From: a virus
Taxonomy: Duplodnaviria > Caudoviricetes
Direction: 5' to 3' (one strand)
Length of the DNA: 64,000 nt
IMG/VR virus record: IMGVR_UViG_3300009314_000001
This document shows positions 1-6,613 of the stretch, piece by piece. Each line of letters starts with the position of its first letter. Position 1 is the first letter of the stretch. Below the pieces are notes generated by a model, which did not search any database, was not told where the DNA came from, and saw only the letters and a list, made by a program, of their open reading frames with translations. The position numbers and the translations under genes were made by a program.

Positions 1-563
1 GATGCTCCTTTTCCGATATCCATGGCACTAATAATATTCCTACGTAGCCATGAGATAAATGAGGATCTCGATTCGTCATGCCCTTCTGCGAATGCTTCGC
101 TAAGTCCTAGTAAGCCATTACCGAATAGGTCTAGTACGAAGGTCAAGTCTTTGTCGCGACCTTTATTCCTTGCTATCATTCGGGCTAGCCGCCACATGGG
201 AGATCCACCCATATGTCCGTATGTTGGGCTTCTTGGGTGGTCTTTATGTGCGCTAGGACTTGGGTCACCTGAGTCATTATATAATAGGGATGGGTCACCG
301 GCGTAGGCGATGGTTATTTCGTCGGTTGTCCAGCGTGGGGCTGGACCATTTGGTTTGAATTCTGGGGGTGGATCGCTTCTACTGGTCCATTCACCCTTCC
401 ATAGTGGATTTGGTGTTAGTGGTCCTATAGTGTGATATAGGGCGTCTTCTGCGAATTGACGGTCATAGTCTGGGGAACCTGGATCTTTCCATGCGGTATA
501 ATTAGCACCTGATTCTATTAGTAGGGATAATTTATTCTGTAGCCTGTCAAGTATTGATGACAT
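1..563 (-). CDS. Partial (runs off window edge) sigma-70 region-2-like protein with N-terminal extension
   Basis: Hand translation: AGGAG RBS, ATG at 563, open to position 1. Contains MWRLARMIARNK..DLTFVLDLFGNGLLGLSEAF..SSFISWLRRNIISAM, which resembles sigma-70 regions 2.1-2.4. Absent from the ORF track. Confidence 0.55.
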   Translation of the reverse strand, partial: MSSILDRLQNKLSLLIESGANYTAWKDPGSPDYDRQFAEDALYHTIGPLTPNPLWKGEWTSRSDPPPEFKPNGPAPRWTTDEITIAYAGDPSLLYNDSGDPSPSAHKDHPRSPTYGHMGGSPMWRLARMIARNKGRDKDLTFVLDLFGNGLLGLSEAFAEGHDESRSSFISWLRRNIISAMDIGKGA

Positions 564-590
564 AGTGATTCTCCTAGATATTGCTATTAA

Positions 591-598
591 TATATTTG
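591..598 (-). promoter_or_regulatory. CAAANATA motif (putative late promoter)
   Basis: CAAATATA on the minus strand, 27 nt upstream of ATG 563. Confidence 0.45.
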
Positions 599-602
599 CG
601 GA

Positions 603-629
603 TTTAACCTATAAGATCTATTGGTAACA
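603..629 (+). promoter_or_regulatory. TTTAACN-N14-GTAACA motif (putative early promoter)
   Basis: tttaacc-tataagatctattg-gtaaca upstream of ORF 684. Confidence 0.6.
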
Positions 630-683
630 CCTTTACAGAGGTAATCAAGGCACACAGATGGAGATGTATTGCTATTCTAAATC

Positions 684-986
684 ATGAACTTCGACGCATT
701 TGAAATTGTCTCTATTGATAGAAGAAAAACCTTCGTAGAGGTTGTGTATAGGGATGATGGTGAGACGGAAGTTCCAGGAGCCGATTGTGTACTTATCGAA
801 GAAACCGCCCAATTGAAACTAAATTTGGGGCAACCAGCGGCGGCATTGTACGAAGATGTTGCTCGTGAGATCTCCTGGATAGATCAATTGGATGCCCATA
901 CTTTCAAAATGAGAGTCGATATTCACGATTGGGATTTTGACGATGGCGAATCACAAACGGAAGAGAAGCAGCAAACGGAGCGTTAG
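684..986 (+). CDS. Hypothetical protein
   Basis: 100-aa ORF downstream of a promoter motif. Confidence 0.55.
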   Translation: MNFDAFEIVSIDRRKTFVEVVYRDDGETEVPGADCVLIEETAQLKLNLGQPAAALYEDVAREISWIDQLDAHTFKMRVDIHDWDFDDGESQTEEKQQTER

Positions 987-1091
987 GTGCACTATCTGTA
1001 CTACCCATCGCTGGTTAGGTAACGCTAGGGAGCGATTCAAGAAAAAAGACGAACAAGAAATGCGGGACAAAGAAAGGCTTGAAGAAAGATC

Positions 1092-1337
1092 ATGCAACAT
1101 AAAGAATTAGGCGAACTTCTCCCAGAAGAAGGCCTCCAAGTAATTGCAGAATTTAAGGAGGAATTGGCCGCTGGTCAATATGATCGTATGGACTATTTAG
1201 ATGTCCATGCTGTGTTGCGTGCTCGGTTACGTCCGTTTCGCGAGTATTCCAGCGTCAGGGGAATGACTGATGAGGATTATTTCGTGCTTGTGATCCTCCA
1301 AGGATTGGGTGTGAAAGGCACGGAACAATTCATGTAG
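1092..1337 (+). CDS. Hypothetical protein
   Basis: 81-aa ORF; its TAG stop overlaps the first base of the following tRNA. Confidence 0.5.
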   Translation: MQHKELGELLPEEGLQVIAEFKEELAAGQYDRMDYLDVHAVLRARLRPFREYSSVRGMTDEDYFVLVILQGLGVKGTEQFM

Positions 1338-1408
1338 GGCCTATAGCACAACGGTTAGTGCGCCGGACTCATAATCCGTGGATGGGGGTTCGATTCCCTC
1401 TAGGCCCA
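1337..1408 (+). tRNA. tRNA with CAT anticodon (Ile2 or elongator Met)
   Basis: Acceptor GGGCCTA/TAGGCCC, loop CTCATAA, GGTTCGATTCC T-arm. The G1:C72 pair argues against an initiator. CCA is not encoded. Confidence 0.9.
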
Positions 1409-1410
1409 CT

Positions 1411-1596
1411 GCCGGAACGGTATGGCATTAAACTGTGTGGGAGGGTTGTTCGAGATAATCCGTGACCTTTTGATCACATAGGACCGTTCAACGGCTGTGG
1501 ATCTGATTACGAGACAAATACTGATCAGCCAATAGAAAAAGATCGGCATGCCAGTGTCAAAACAGATTAGTTCAACTCAAACTGGCCAGATCCACT
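1411..1596 (+). ncRNA. Candidate structured ncRNA between two tRNAs
   Basis: Stems gaacggt/accgttc, ctgtgtg/cacatag, gtggatctg/cagatccac, ctgatc/gatcgg, ccagt/actgg; no ORF in the track. Confidence 0.5.
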
Positions 1597-1598
1597 AC

Positions 1599-1673
1599 GC
1601 GCCGATGGTCTGATAAGGCAAGACAGCTCCTCTCGTTTAGGAGCGGACGTAGGTTCGAATCCTACTCGGTGCG
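1599..1673 (+). tRNA. Atypical tRNA: Glu-like body with a 9-nt anticodon loop
   Basis: Acceptor GCGCCGA/TCGGTGC, D-stem GTCT/AGAC, stem GCTCC/GGAGC around TCTCGTTTA, T-arm GTAGG-TTCGAAT-CCTAC, G73. Confidence 0.7.
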
Positions 1674-1676
1674 CTT

Positions 1677-2417
1677 ATGCAAACTCGAAGTATCAGACTA
1701 GTTAAACCAGATGATGGGGGATACCGCAAATACTGCAGATATCACTCACTGAGGAATGTAACTCTCCGCGAAAAATGCAAAACATCCAAAGTTCAAGAAT
1801 TATCAGGAGCGATGGAGAAGATCGCCAGGTTTTGGATATCAAGACATACATCAATTCTTGATGAGAGAATTCTTGGATACGAAGAGCGGGTGACGAAAGA
1901 CAGATGGATTTCAAGATATCGAGAAGTGGATGTGGTTCTTGGTGATGACAATCCTGAAACTTTTGTTGAAATCAAGTTCTCATCGAGGAATGCTGTCGCA
2001 GCTGCTACTTACAGAGCAAGAACACAAGTACACACAACATTAAAGGTAGCATGGAGGAAATGGGCTAGGTTACGAGCTTGTGTATTAGGAGTTGCTTTCA
2101 ATTACTATGAACGCGAGGTACGTGACCTTAACTATGTGGATCTGAACAAAACAATCGCTAAGTGTCCTGAAGGTCCTAGTACTAATATGGACCAATTTCC
2201 ATACGTAGTTGTCAATGCGAGACAATTATGGGAATTTGGTGTGAATCATGGGGTAATCAAGGAGAAATTTAATCTCTTCGATGAAGCTGTAACAGAAAAG
2301 CTCAGTGGAGAGAGTAAGAAGATAGGTAAACGACGAAGGGGTGATTACAAGCCCTATGAAACGGGGGATTTTGAAAAGACAGCTCTTCAGATTGCTCTTG
2401 AAGAGGCAGGGCATTGA
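1677..2417 (+). CDS. PD-(D/E)XK superfamily nuclease
   Basis: E..(REVDVV)..(FVEIKFS) catalytic motif arrangement. Confidence 0.6.
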   Translation: MQTRSIRLVKPDDGGYRKYCRYHSLRNVTLREKCKTSKVQELSGAMEKIARFWISRHTSILDERILGYEERVTKDRWISRYREVDVVLGDDNPETFVEIKFSSRNAVAAATYRARTQVHTTLKVAWRKWARLRACVLGVAFNYYEREVRDLNYVDLNKTIAKCPEGPSTNMDQFPYVVVNARQLWEFGVNHGVIKEKFNLFDEAVTEKLSGESKKIGKRRRGDYKPYETGDFEKTALQIALEEAGH

Positions 2418-2419
2418 AG

Positions 2420-2762
2420 TGAGGTGTTGGTCGAGATTCCATTGAAAACTCGACAACTGGCCTTAGTCTCGAACTGGGTTGGGAGCGTCACCTGCTTCCT
2501 AGGCTAGCATGGGGAAGTGGTGAGACTACCAGGAAGGCTGATACTGGACCGGGGATAGTGCTAATCATGTCGTTAGAGGGCGGGAGCGATAGTGCTTCTG
2601 CTAACCAGCCTAGAGCTGTCTAAGGATGAGTGTACTATTCGATAGCCGCAAGCGTTCAACCGGTGCGACACCTGCTGCAGTCCGGCTCATAACCGGTAGC
2701 TGAAAGTGGCGTGACAGCTAATGCTGCTTAGAGATGAGTAGTGGGAGAGACCGCCCATTTTT
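2420..2762 (+). ncRNA. Candidate large ornate ncRNA
   Basis: At least 7 complementary segments, a possible pseudoknot, an embedded CCGG-CTCATAA-CCGG anticodon-like arm and a terminal T-run. Confidence 0.5.
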
Positions 2763-3158
2763 AAATTGTAGTTTGCGACCAGCATGCAATTTACGATGGT
2801 GATTAGCACAGATGATTTCACAACCGTTTACTTCTTCCATCAACTTTTTGGAAGGGATGTTTCTGGAAACAAAATTAGCAATGCTGAATTCTTTCTTGTC
2901 GGGATCAGGATGATGGAAATCAAGAGCAATTGGGTCCGATTCATCACAATCCAAGATGCAACAGCCTTTTTGTTGCTTAAGATCACTTACGGCTTTGCGT
3001 TTTTGGTTTCGTCTTTTGTTGACGGCCTCTTTGTAAGACCTGGATCGACATCGTTTGCCTTGGCACGTTTTGCAGGCATAGCTATAACCTCTGCCGCGAG
3101 ACGAGTCTTTGTAGAACTCAGAAGGATCTTTGTCGGCTTTGCATTTTGAACATTTCAT
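2718..3158 (-). CDS. HNH (homing) endonuclease
   Basis: CxxC zinc finger, then LDFHHPDP...CEIICANHHRKLH. Probable start is MKCSKC at 3158. Confidence 0.8.
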   Translation of the reverse strand: MKCSKCKADKDPSEFYKDSSRGRGYSYACKTCQGKRCRSRSYKEAVNKRRNQKRKAVSDLKQQKGCCILDCDESDPIALDFHHPDPDKKEFSIANFVSRNIPSKKLMEEVNGCEIICANHHRKLHAGRKLQFKNGRSLPLLISKQH

Positions 3159-3196
3159 GGTGCGTGGGTCCTTTCCCCACACCATTTTTGACTGAA

Positions 3197-3272
3197 GATG
3201 GGTGATTAGGTCGCGGGCAGCGGCAGCGAGATTGCAACCCTCGCATTATCGGTTCGACTCCGACGCCCATCT
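3197..3272 (+). tRNA. trnC: tRNA-Cys(GCA), atypical D-arm region
   Basis: GATGGGT/GCCCATC acceptor, TTGCAAC loop, TTCGACT T-loop, U73. Confidence 0.75.
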
Positions 3273-3313
3273 CTTAATTTTATCGTGCAAACCTAATGTA
3301 GGAGGTTCGCACG

Positions 3314-3850
3314 ATGAGTAGTAACGAGTACATGGCTAGGTATATGGCAGATAGGTATCTGCGGCTCAAGATCCGAGCAATTGAATACAAAGGCGGTAAA
3401 TGTTCGAAATGTGGTTATAACAAGTGTTACGCTGCATTAGAATTTCATCACCGAGATCCAAAAGCAAAAGAATACAGTTGGACGCAACTTAGGAAATTCA
3501 GTTGGGAACGCGTTAAAACTGAGTTGGATAAATGCGATTTGATTTGTTCGAATTGCCATAAAGAAACACACTGGGATCCAGATCTTTTGGTTGCTGTTCT
3601 TCAGAGGCATGAAGATAGACAACCAAAACCGGACCAGAATTGTAAAGAATGTGGTGTTACTTTCAGAGGTCCTACGAGACAAGAATTTTGTGGTCATAAA
3701 TGTGCACAAAAGAATAAAGAGAAGATCAGTTGGCCACAAAACTTACCAGAATTAGTTGTTAAGAGTTCGAAAAGAGCTGTTGCGGCTCAGCTAGGAATCT
3801 CTGATAAAGCTGTTGCAAAACGGCTGCGAAATCATCATGTGCTCCAGTAG
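3314..3850 (+). CDS. HNH endonuclease with C-terminal Zn-finger/HTH
   Basis: GGKCSKCGY..ALEFHHRDP..KCDLICSNCHKETH; GGAGG RBS; the stop codon lies inside tRNA-Arg. Confidence 0.85.
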   Translation: MSSNEYMARYMADRYLRLKIRAIEYKGGKCSKCGYNKCYAALEFHHRDPKAKEYSWTQLRKFSWERVKTELDKCDLICSNCHKETHWDPDLLVAVLQRHEDRQPKPDQNCKECGVTFRGPTRQEFCGHKCAQKNKEKISWPQNLPELVVKSSKRAVAAQLGISDKAVAKRLRNHHVLQ

Positions 3851-3915
3851 CTCAGTTGGATAGTAGCAACGGTCTTCTAAACCGTAGGTCGCAGGTTCGA
3901 ATCCTGCCTGGAGTG
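3841..3915 (+). tRNA. trnR: tRNA-Arg(TCT)
   Basis: GCTCCAG/CTGGAGT acceptor, loop CTTCTAA, GGTTCGAATCC. Confidence 0.92.
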
Positions 3916-3919
3916 CCTT

Positions 3920-4006
3920 ATGAAATGGTTTGACATCCCACTAATACTGACGGGCTTACTAATCCTTGGTGTCTTTGGATTTGTACTTATTTTTCTGGTG
4001 ACATAA
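3920..4006 (+). CDS. Small hydrophobic peptide (28 aa)
   Basis: Hand translation MKWFDIPLILTGLLILGVFGFVLIFLVT; one TM-like segment. Confidence 0.35.
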   Translation: MKWFDIPLILTGLLILGVFGFVLIFLVT

Positions 4007-4173
4007 TGCGAAAAGACGATGCAAATCTTCGTGATTGGTGCAAACACTCCAGGAATTCTTCCCTGGGGAAGCGTGGCGTTAATCAGAAAAATCGCCGGAA
4101 GGTGAGAGAACATCTTCATCATGACAAAGTAGAATTAATTCGTGCTCCTCGCACGCAACAAAATAGAACTTAG
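4006..4173 (+). CDS. Small basic peptide (55 aa)
   Basis: TAATG overlap with the previous ORF; MRKDDANLRDWCKHSRNSS...; the stop overlaps the start of tRNA-Leu. Confidence 0.35.
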   Translation: MRKDDANLRDWCKHSRNSSLGKRGVNQKNRRKVREHLHHDKVELIRAPRTQQNRT

Positions 4174-4254
4174 GCCTTGTGGCGGAACTGGCAGACGCGC
4201 CTGGCTTAGGACCAGGTTCCCAAGGGAGTGCAGGTTCGAATCCTGTCAAGGCTA
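4173..4254 (+). tRNA. trnL: tRNA-Leu(TAG)
   Basis: GGCCTTG/CAAGGCT acceptor, CCTGG-CTTAGGA-CCAGG, long variable arm, A73. Confidence 0.93.
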
Positions 4255-4256
4255 CT

Positions 4257-4404
4257 AATCGAGTGCTTCGGCATGGTAAGGCTTCCGGTCCGTTTGGATG
4301 ACAGCAGCTTACACCGCCCGGTCCAGTCGAGATAAACCTTTAAGGTGAAGGCTCAATGGTGACCCTCCTCCCGTCCAGAACGGGAGAGAAAACCGGGCTC
4401 GATT
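4257..4404 (+). ncRNA. Candidate 148-nt multibranch ncRNA
   Basis: Closing aatcgag/ctcgatt, cUUCGg hairpin, gtaag/cttac, cccggt/accggg, ctcccgt/acgggag; followed by a T-run. Confidence 0.5.
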
Positions 4405-4444
4405 TTTGGTTTGATTCTGGCAACTGTTTACCTAACCGTTCGTG

Positions 4445-4452
4445 CAAACATA
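4445..4452 (+). promoter_or_regulatory. CAAANATA motif
   Basis: CAAACATA 20 nt upstream of ATG 4473. Confidence 0.4.
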
Positions 4453-4472
4453 GGTTTTAGGAGGTAGTTGTC

Positions 4473-5009
4473 ATGGGTATCAAATTTCAACTTAAACCGA
4501 TTGCACAGAAACTTCGTGACTTAGGCTTTTCAATAACGAAAATAGCGGAGGTTCTTGAATGTTCAAGGACTTACACTGGTCAGATACTAAAGTCTAGTGA
4601 GCCCGATATAGGTTCTGCGGTTGATGATATTTTGGGGCCGGAGGATCAAGAGTTTCTAAGGGTCAAAGCAGTCCATAGATGTATGGAGGTATTGAGTGGG
4701 CGTGGGTGGTTTTGTGCCGAAACTGATCCGAAATGTGTTTTTGATGTGTTGGCTTATAAAGATGGAAAAACCAGAAAGATACAAGTTAAAAGTTCAGCGA
4801 CAATAAAAGATGACACTGCGCCACAGTTTAATATTGGTAGGATCAGATTCAATACATCGCGGACTCAAAGAGATCGATACGTTGAAGGTGATTTTGACTA
4901 TTGGTTCTTTTATTATAAAAATGGTGATTGCTGGTTGATCCCATTTGATGAAGTACACGCAGTATCATCTGTGAGGATGATTGGATTCAACAAGTTTTAT
5001 GTAGGATAA
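4473..5009 (+). CDS. HTH + PD-(D/E)XK endonuclease (group I intron-associated type, free-standing)
   Basis: N-terminal GFSITKIAEVLECSRTY HTH; FDVLAYKDG..KIQVKS motif. Confidence 0.75.
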   Translation: MGIKFQLKPIAQKLRDLGFSITKIAEVLECSRTYTGQILKSSEPDIGSAVDDILGPEDQEFLRVKAVHRCMEVLSGRGWFCAETDPKCVFDVLAYKDGKTRKIQVKSSATIKDDTAPQFNIGRIRFNTSRTQRDRYVEGDFDYWFFYYKNGDCWLIPFDEVHAVSSVRMIGFNKFYVG

Positions 5010-5013
5010 TGAC

Positions 5014-5100
5014 GGAAGAGCAAGCCAATTGGCGGTGGCCGTTGATTTGAAATCAATTAGGAGTTAATGACTCGTGCAGGTTCGATTCCTGTCTCTTCCG
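5014..5100 (+). tRNA. trnS: tRNA-Ser(TGA)
   Basis: GGAAGAG/CTCTTCC acceptor, loop TTTGAAA, long variable arm, G73. Confidence 0.88.
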
Positions 5101-5133
5101 CTTCTGAGATCAGGATAGAATAAAGGGAAAATC

Positions 5134-5667
5134 ATGAAATGTTACGCTTGGATTCTGTTGGTTTTTGTACCCACATCAGCACTCGCTCAATTGGACACGT
5201 CTGGTCTCTCAGACGAACAAGAAGCTGAACTACAGCTTCAAATCGCAAAAATGAAAAACGACAAGCTCCCCGCCTCCGCCGAAGAAGCCGAAAAATGGGC
5301 CGCATGGGGAACAGGAATCGGAAAAGCTATCTCATCCACCGCCAGTGAACTCGGCGTCGCCGTTGACGAATTCTCATGTACGCCGGTCTGCCAGATCACA
5401 ATAGGTGTGATCGTCTACAAAGTCATCGGTAAAGACATACTACGAGCCCTCGCAGGCTTTACCCTATTCTTTGCAACTATCTTCGTATGGGTAAAATGGC
5501 TACGAAAACCATTCGTGAAGATTCAATACGACGGGGATGGTAAAGTGAAAAGTCGAGAATATCGTGCACCCGATAGTGACGCAGAATTAGCTATCTATTG
5601 GGTTCATAACTGGTTGACACTAATCGCAGGTATCCTAGCCTCATTCCTTGTCGCTTTTGCAGGATAA
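5134..5667 (+). CDS. Membrane protein with signal peptide
   Basis: N-terminal signal (..TSALAQ) and several hydrophobic segments. Confidence 0.65.
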   Translation: MKCYAWILLVFVPTSALAQLDTSGLSDEQEAELQLQIAKMKNDKLPASAEEAEKWAAWGTGIGKAISSTASELGVAVDEFSCTPVCQITIGVIVYKVIGKDILRALAGFTLFFATIFVWVKWLRKPFVKIQYDGDGKVKSREYRAPDSDAELAIYWVHNWLTLIAGILASFLVAFAG

Positions 5668-5669
5668 TC

Positions 5670-5954
5670 ATGGACGAAAAAATCCAAAAAATCCTAGACA
5701 ACGAAGTCGAATTCACTATACTAAGACGGCACGAGTCGAAGGGTATAGCAGTACTAGAGGTGGATTTTCCGAACTGTCCTCCACCGGTCAGGAGAAAGAT
5801 CTTAGTCTATAAAGGAAACGTACCGCCAGAAAATGCGGAAAGAATATTACCTCATTTCGGACATGAATCATCACCATGTGCTAGATTTAATCCCGATCAG
5901 AACGGTTGGGACAGAGCAATAAAATTTGCCACATTATTGATAAATGGTGGTTAA
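5670..5954 (+). CDS. Hypothetical protein
   Basis: 94-aa ORF, operonic spacing. Confidence 0.55.
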   Translation: MDEKIQKILDNEVEFTILRRHESKGIAVLEVDFPNCPPPVRRKILVYKGNVPPENAERILPHFGHESSPCARFNPDQNGWDRAIKFATLLINGG

Positions 5955-5958
5955 TAGA

Positions 5959-5985
5959 TTTAACTTCGAGAACCGGTTTGTCACA
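5959..5985 (+). promoter_or_regulatory. TTTAACN-N14-GTCACA variant
   Basis: tttaact-tcgagaaccggttt-gtcaca; abuts the start of tRNA-Leu. Confidence 0.4.
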
Positions 5986-6069
5986 GCCCCGTGGTGGAAA
6001 TGGTAGACACAGTGGACTTAAAATCCGCTGCTCATTTTGAGCGTGCAGGTTCGACTCCTGTCGGGGCTA
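5985..6069 (+). tRNA. trnL: tRNA-Leu(TAA)
   Basis: AGCCCCG/CGGGGCT acceptor, loop CTTAAAA, long variable arm, A73. Confidence 0.92.
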
Positions 6070-6080
6070 CTGGAGGAAAA

Positions 6081-6296
6081 ATGGCCAAACGAATCATCCC
6101 GCGAGAAGTAGTTATACAAGCCTGTAAGGACTTATACGCCAGAAATGAAAACGCTGGTACGTGGATCGATAGGAGAATCCCCGATAGTTGGTATAAAATA
6201 CGTGAGATATATGGATTCGACGACGACGATATGTGGGTAATGGTCGTCGAGGGAATCGTCAATAGAGAAGCAGTCAAACTAGTTGCAGAACAATGA
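6081..6296 (+). CDS. Hypothetical protein
   Basis: GGAGG RBS before ATG 6081 (the track start at 5991 lies inside the tRNA). Confidence 0.6.
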   Translation: MAKRIIPREVVIQACKDLYARNENAGTWIDRRIPDSWYKIREIYGFDDDDMWVMVVEGIVNREAVKLVAEQ

Positions 6297-6613
6297 TAAA
6301 ACCAACCCTCTGCCCATGCTGTGGAAACACAGAACTATACACTGGGCACTTAAGCTTCGATAAAATGGGAGTCCACTGTATTTCAGGTACAGAGGATGAT
6401 ACCACATACTGGCTCGTCAGACAAGGCAAGATCAAACCCAAAGACCTTCAAAGACCAGAATTCCAAGGTTGCGGTCTCAAACTTGGAGTTCCCCTACCTT
6501 CAGAATTCCCTGAGGACCTTGTTGGTGATCTGCCGCCAGACGAAGCCATGAGGAAACTAGAGGAATTGACTCTCGAGGAAGCAATCCGCCGCTGGAATAG
6601 GAGATCGCCGTGA
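6293..6613 (+). CDS. Lar-family (restriction alleviation)-like Zn-ribbon protein
   Basis: KPTLCPCCG at the N-terminus and EEAIRRWNRR at the C-terminus. Confidence 0.55.
   Translation: MIKPTLCPCCGNTELYTGHLSFDKMGVHCISGTEDDTTYWLVRQGKIKPKDLQRPEFQGCGLKLGVPLPSEFPEDLVGDLPPDEAMRKLEELTLEEAIRRWNRRSP

Noticed and set aside
22-306. Track ORF 22..306 (+)
   Set aside because: Antisense shadow of the RBS-led sigma-like gene on the minus strand.
2420-2762. Group I intron, RNase P or tmRNA identity for the structured region
   Set aside because: I could not find the P7/catalytic core, the GAGGAAAGUCC RNase P motif or tRNA-like tmRNA ends by eye. A covariance search is needed.
4257-4404. Theta/HDV-like or hammerhead ribozyme after tRNA-Leu
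   Set aside because: Could not fit the nested double pseudoknot or the CUGAUGA..GAAA core.
4173-6069. tRNAs whose anticodons read TAG, TGA and TAA taken as stop-codon suppressors
   Set aside because: Anticodons 5'-TAG, TGA and TAA decode CTA, TCA and TTA. Suppressors would need CTA, TCA or TTA anticodons. Long ORFs translate normally with the standard code, so there is no recoding evidence.
5991-6080. N-terminal extension of the track ORF 5991..6296
   Set aside because: Lies inside tRNA-Leu(TAA); a GGAGG RBS supports ATG 6081.
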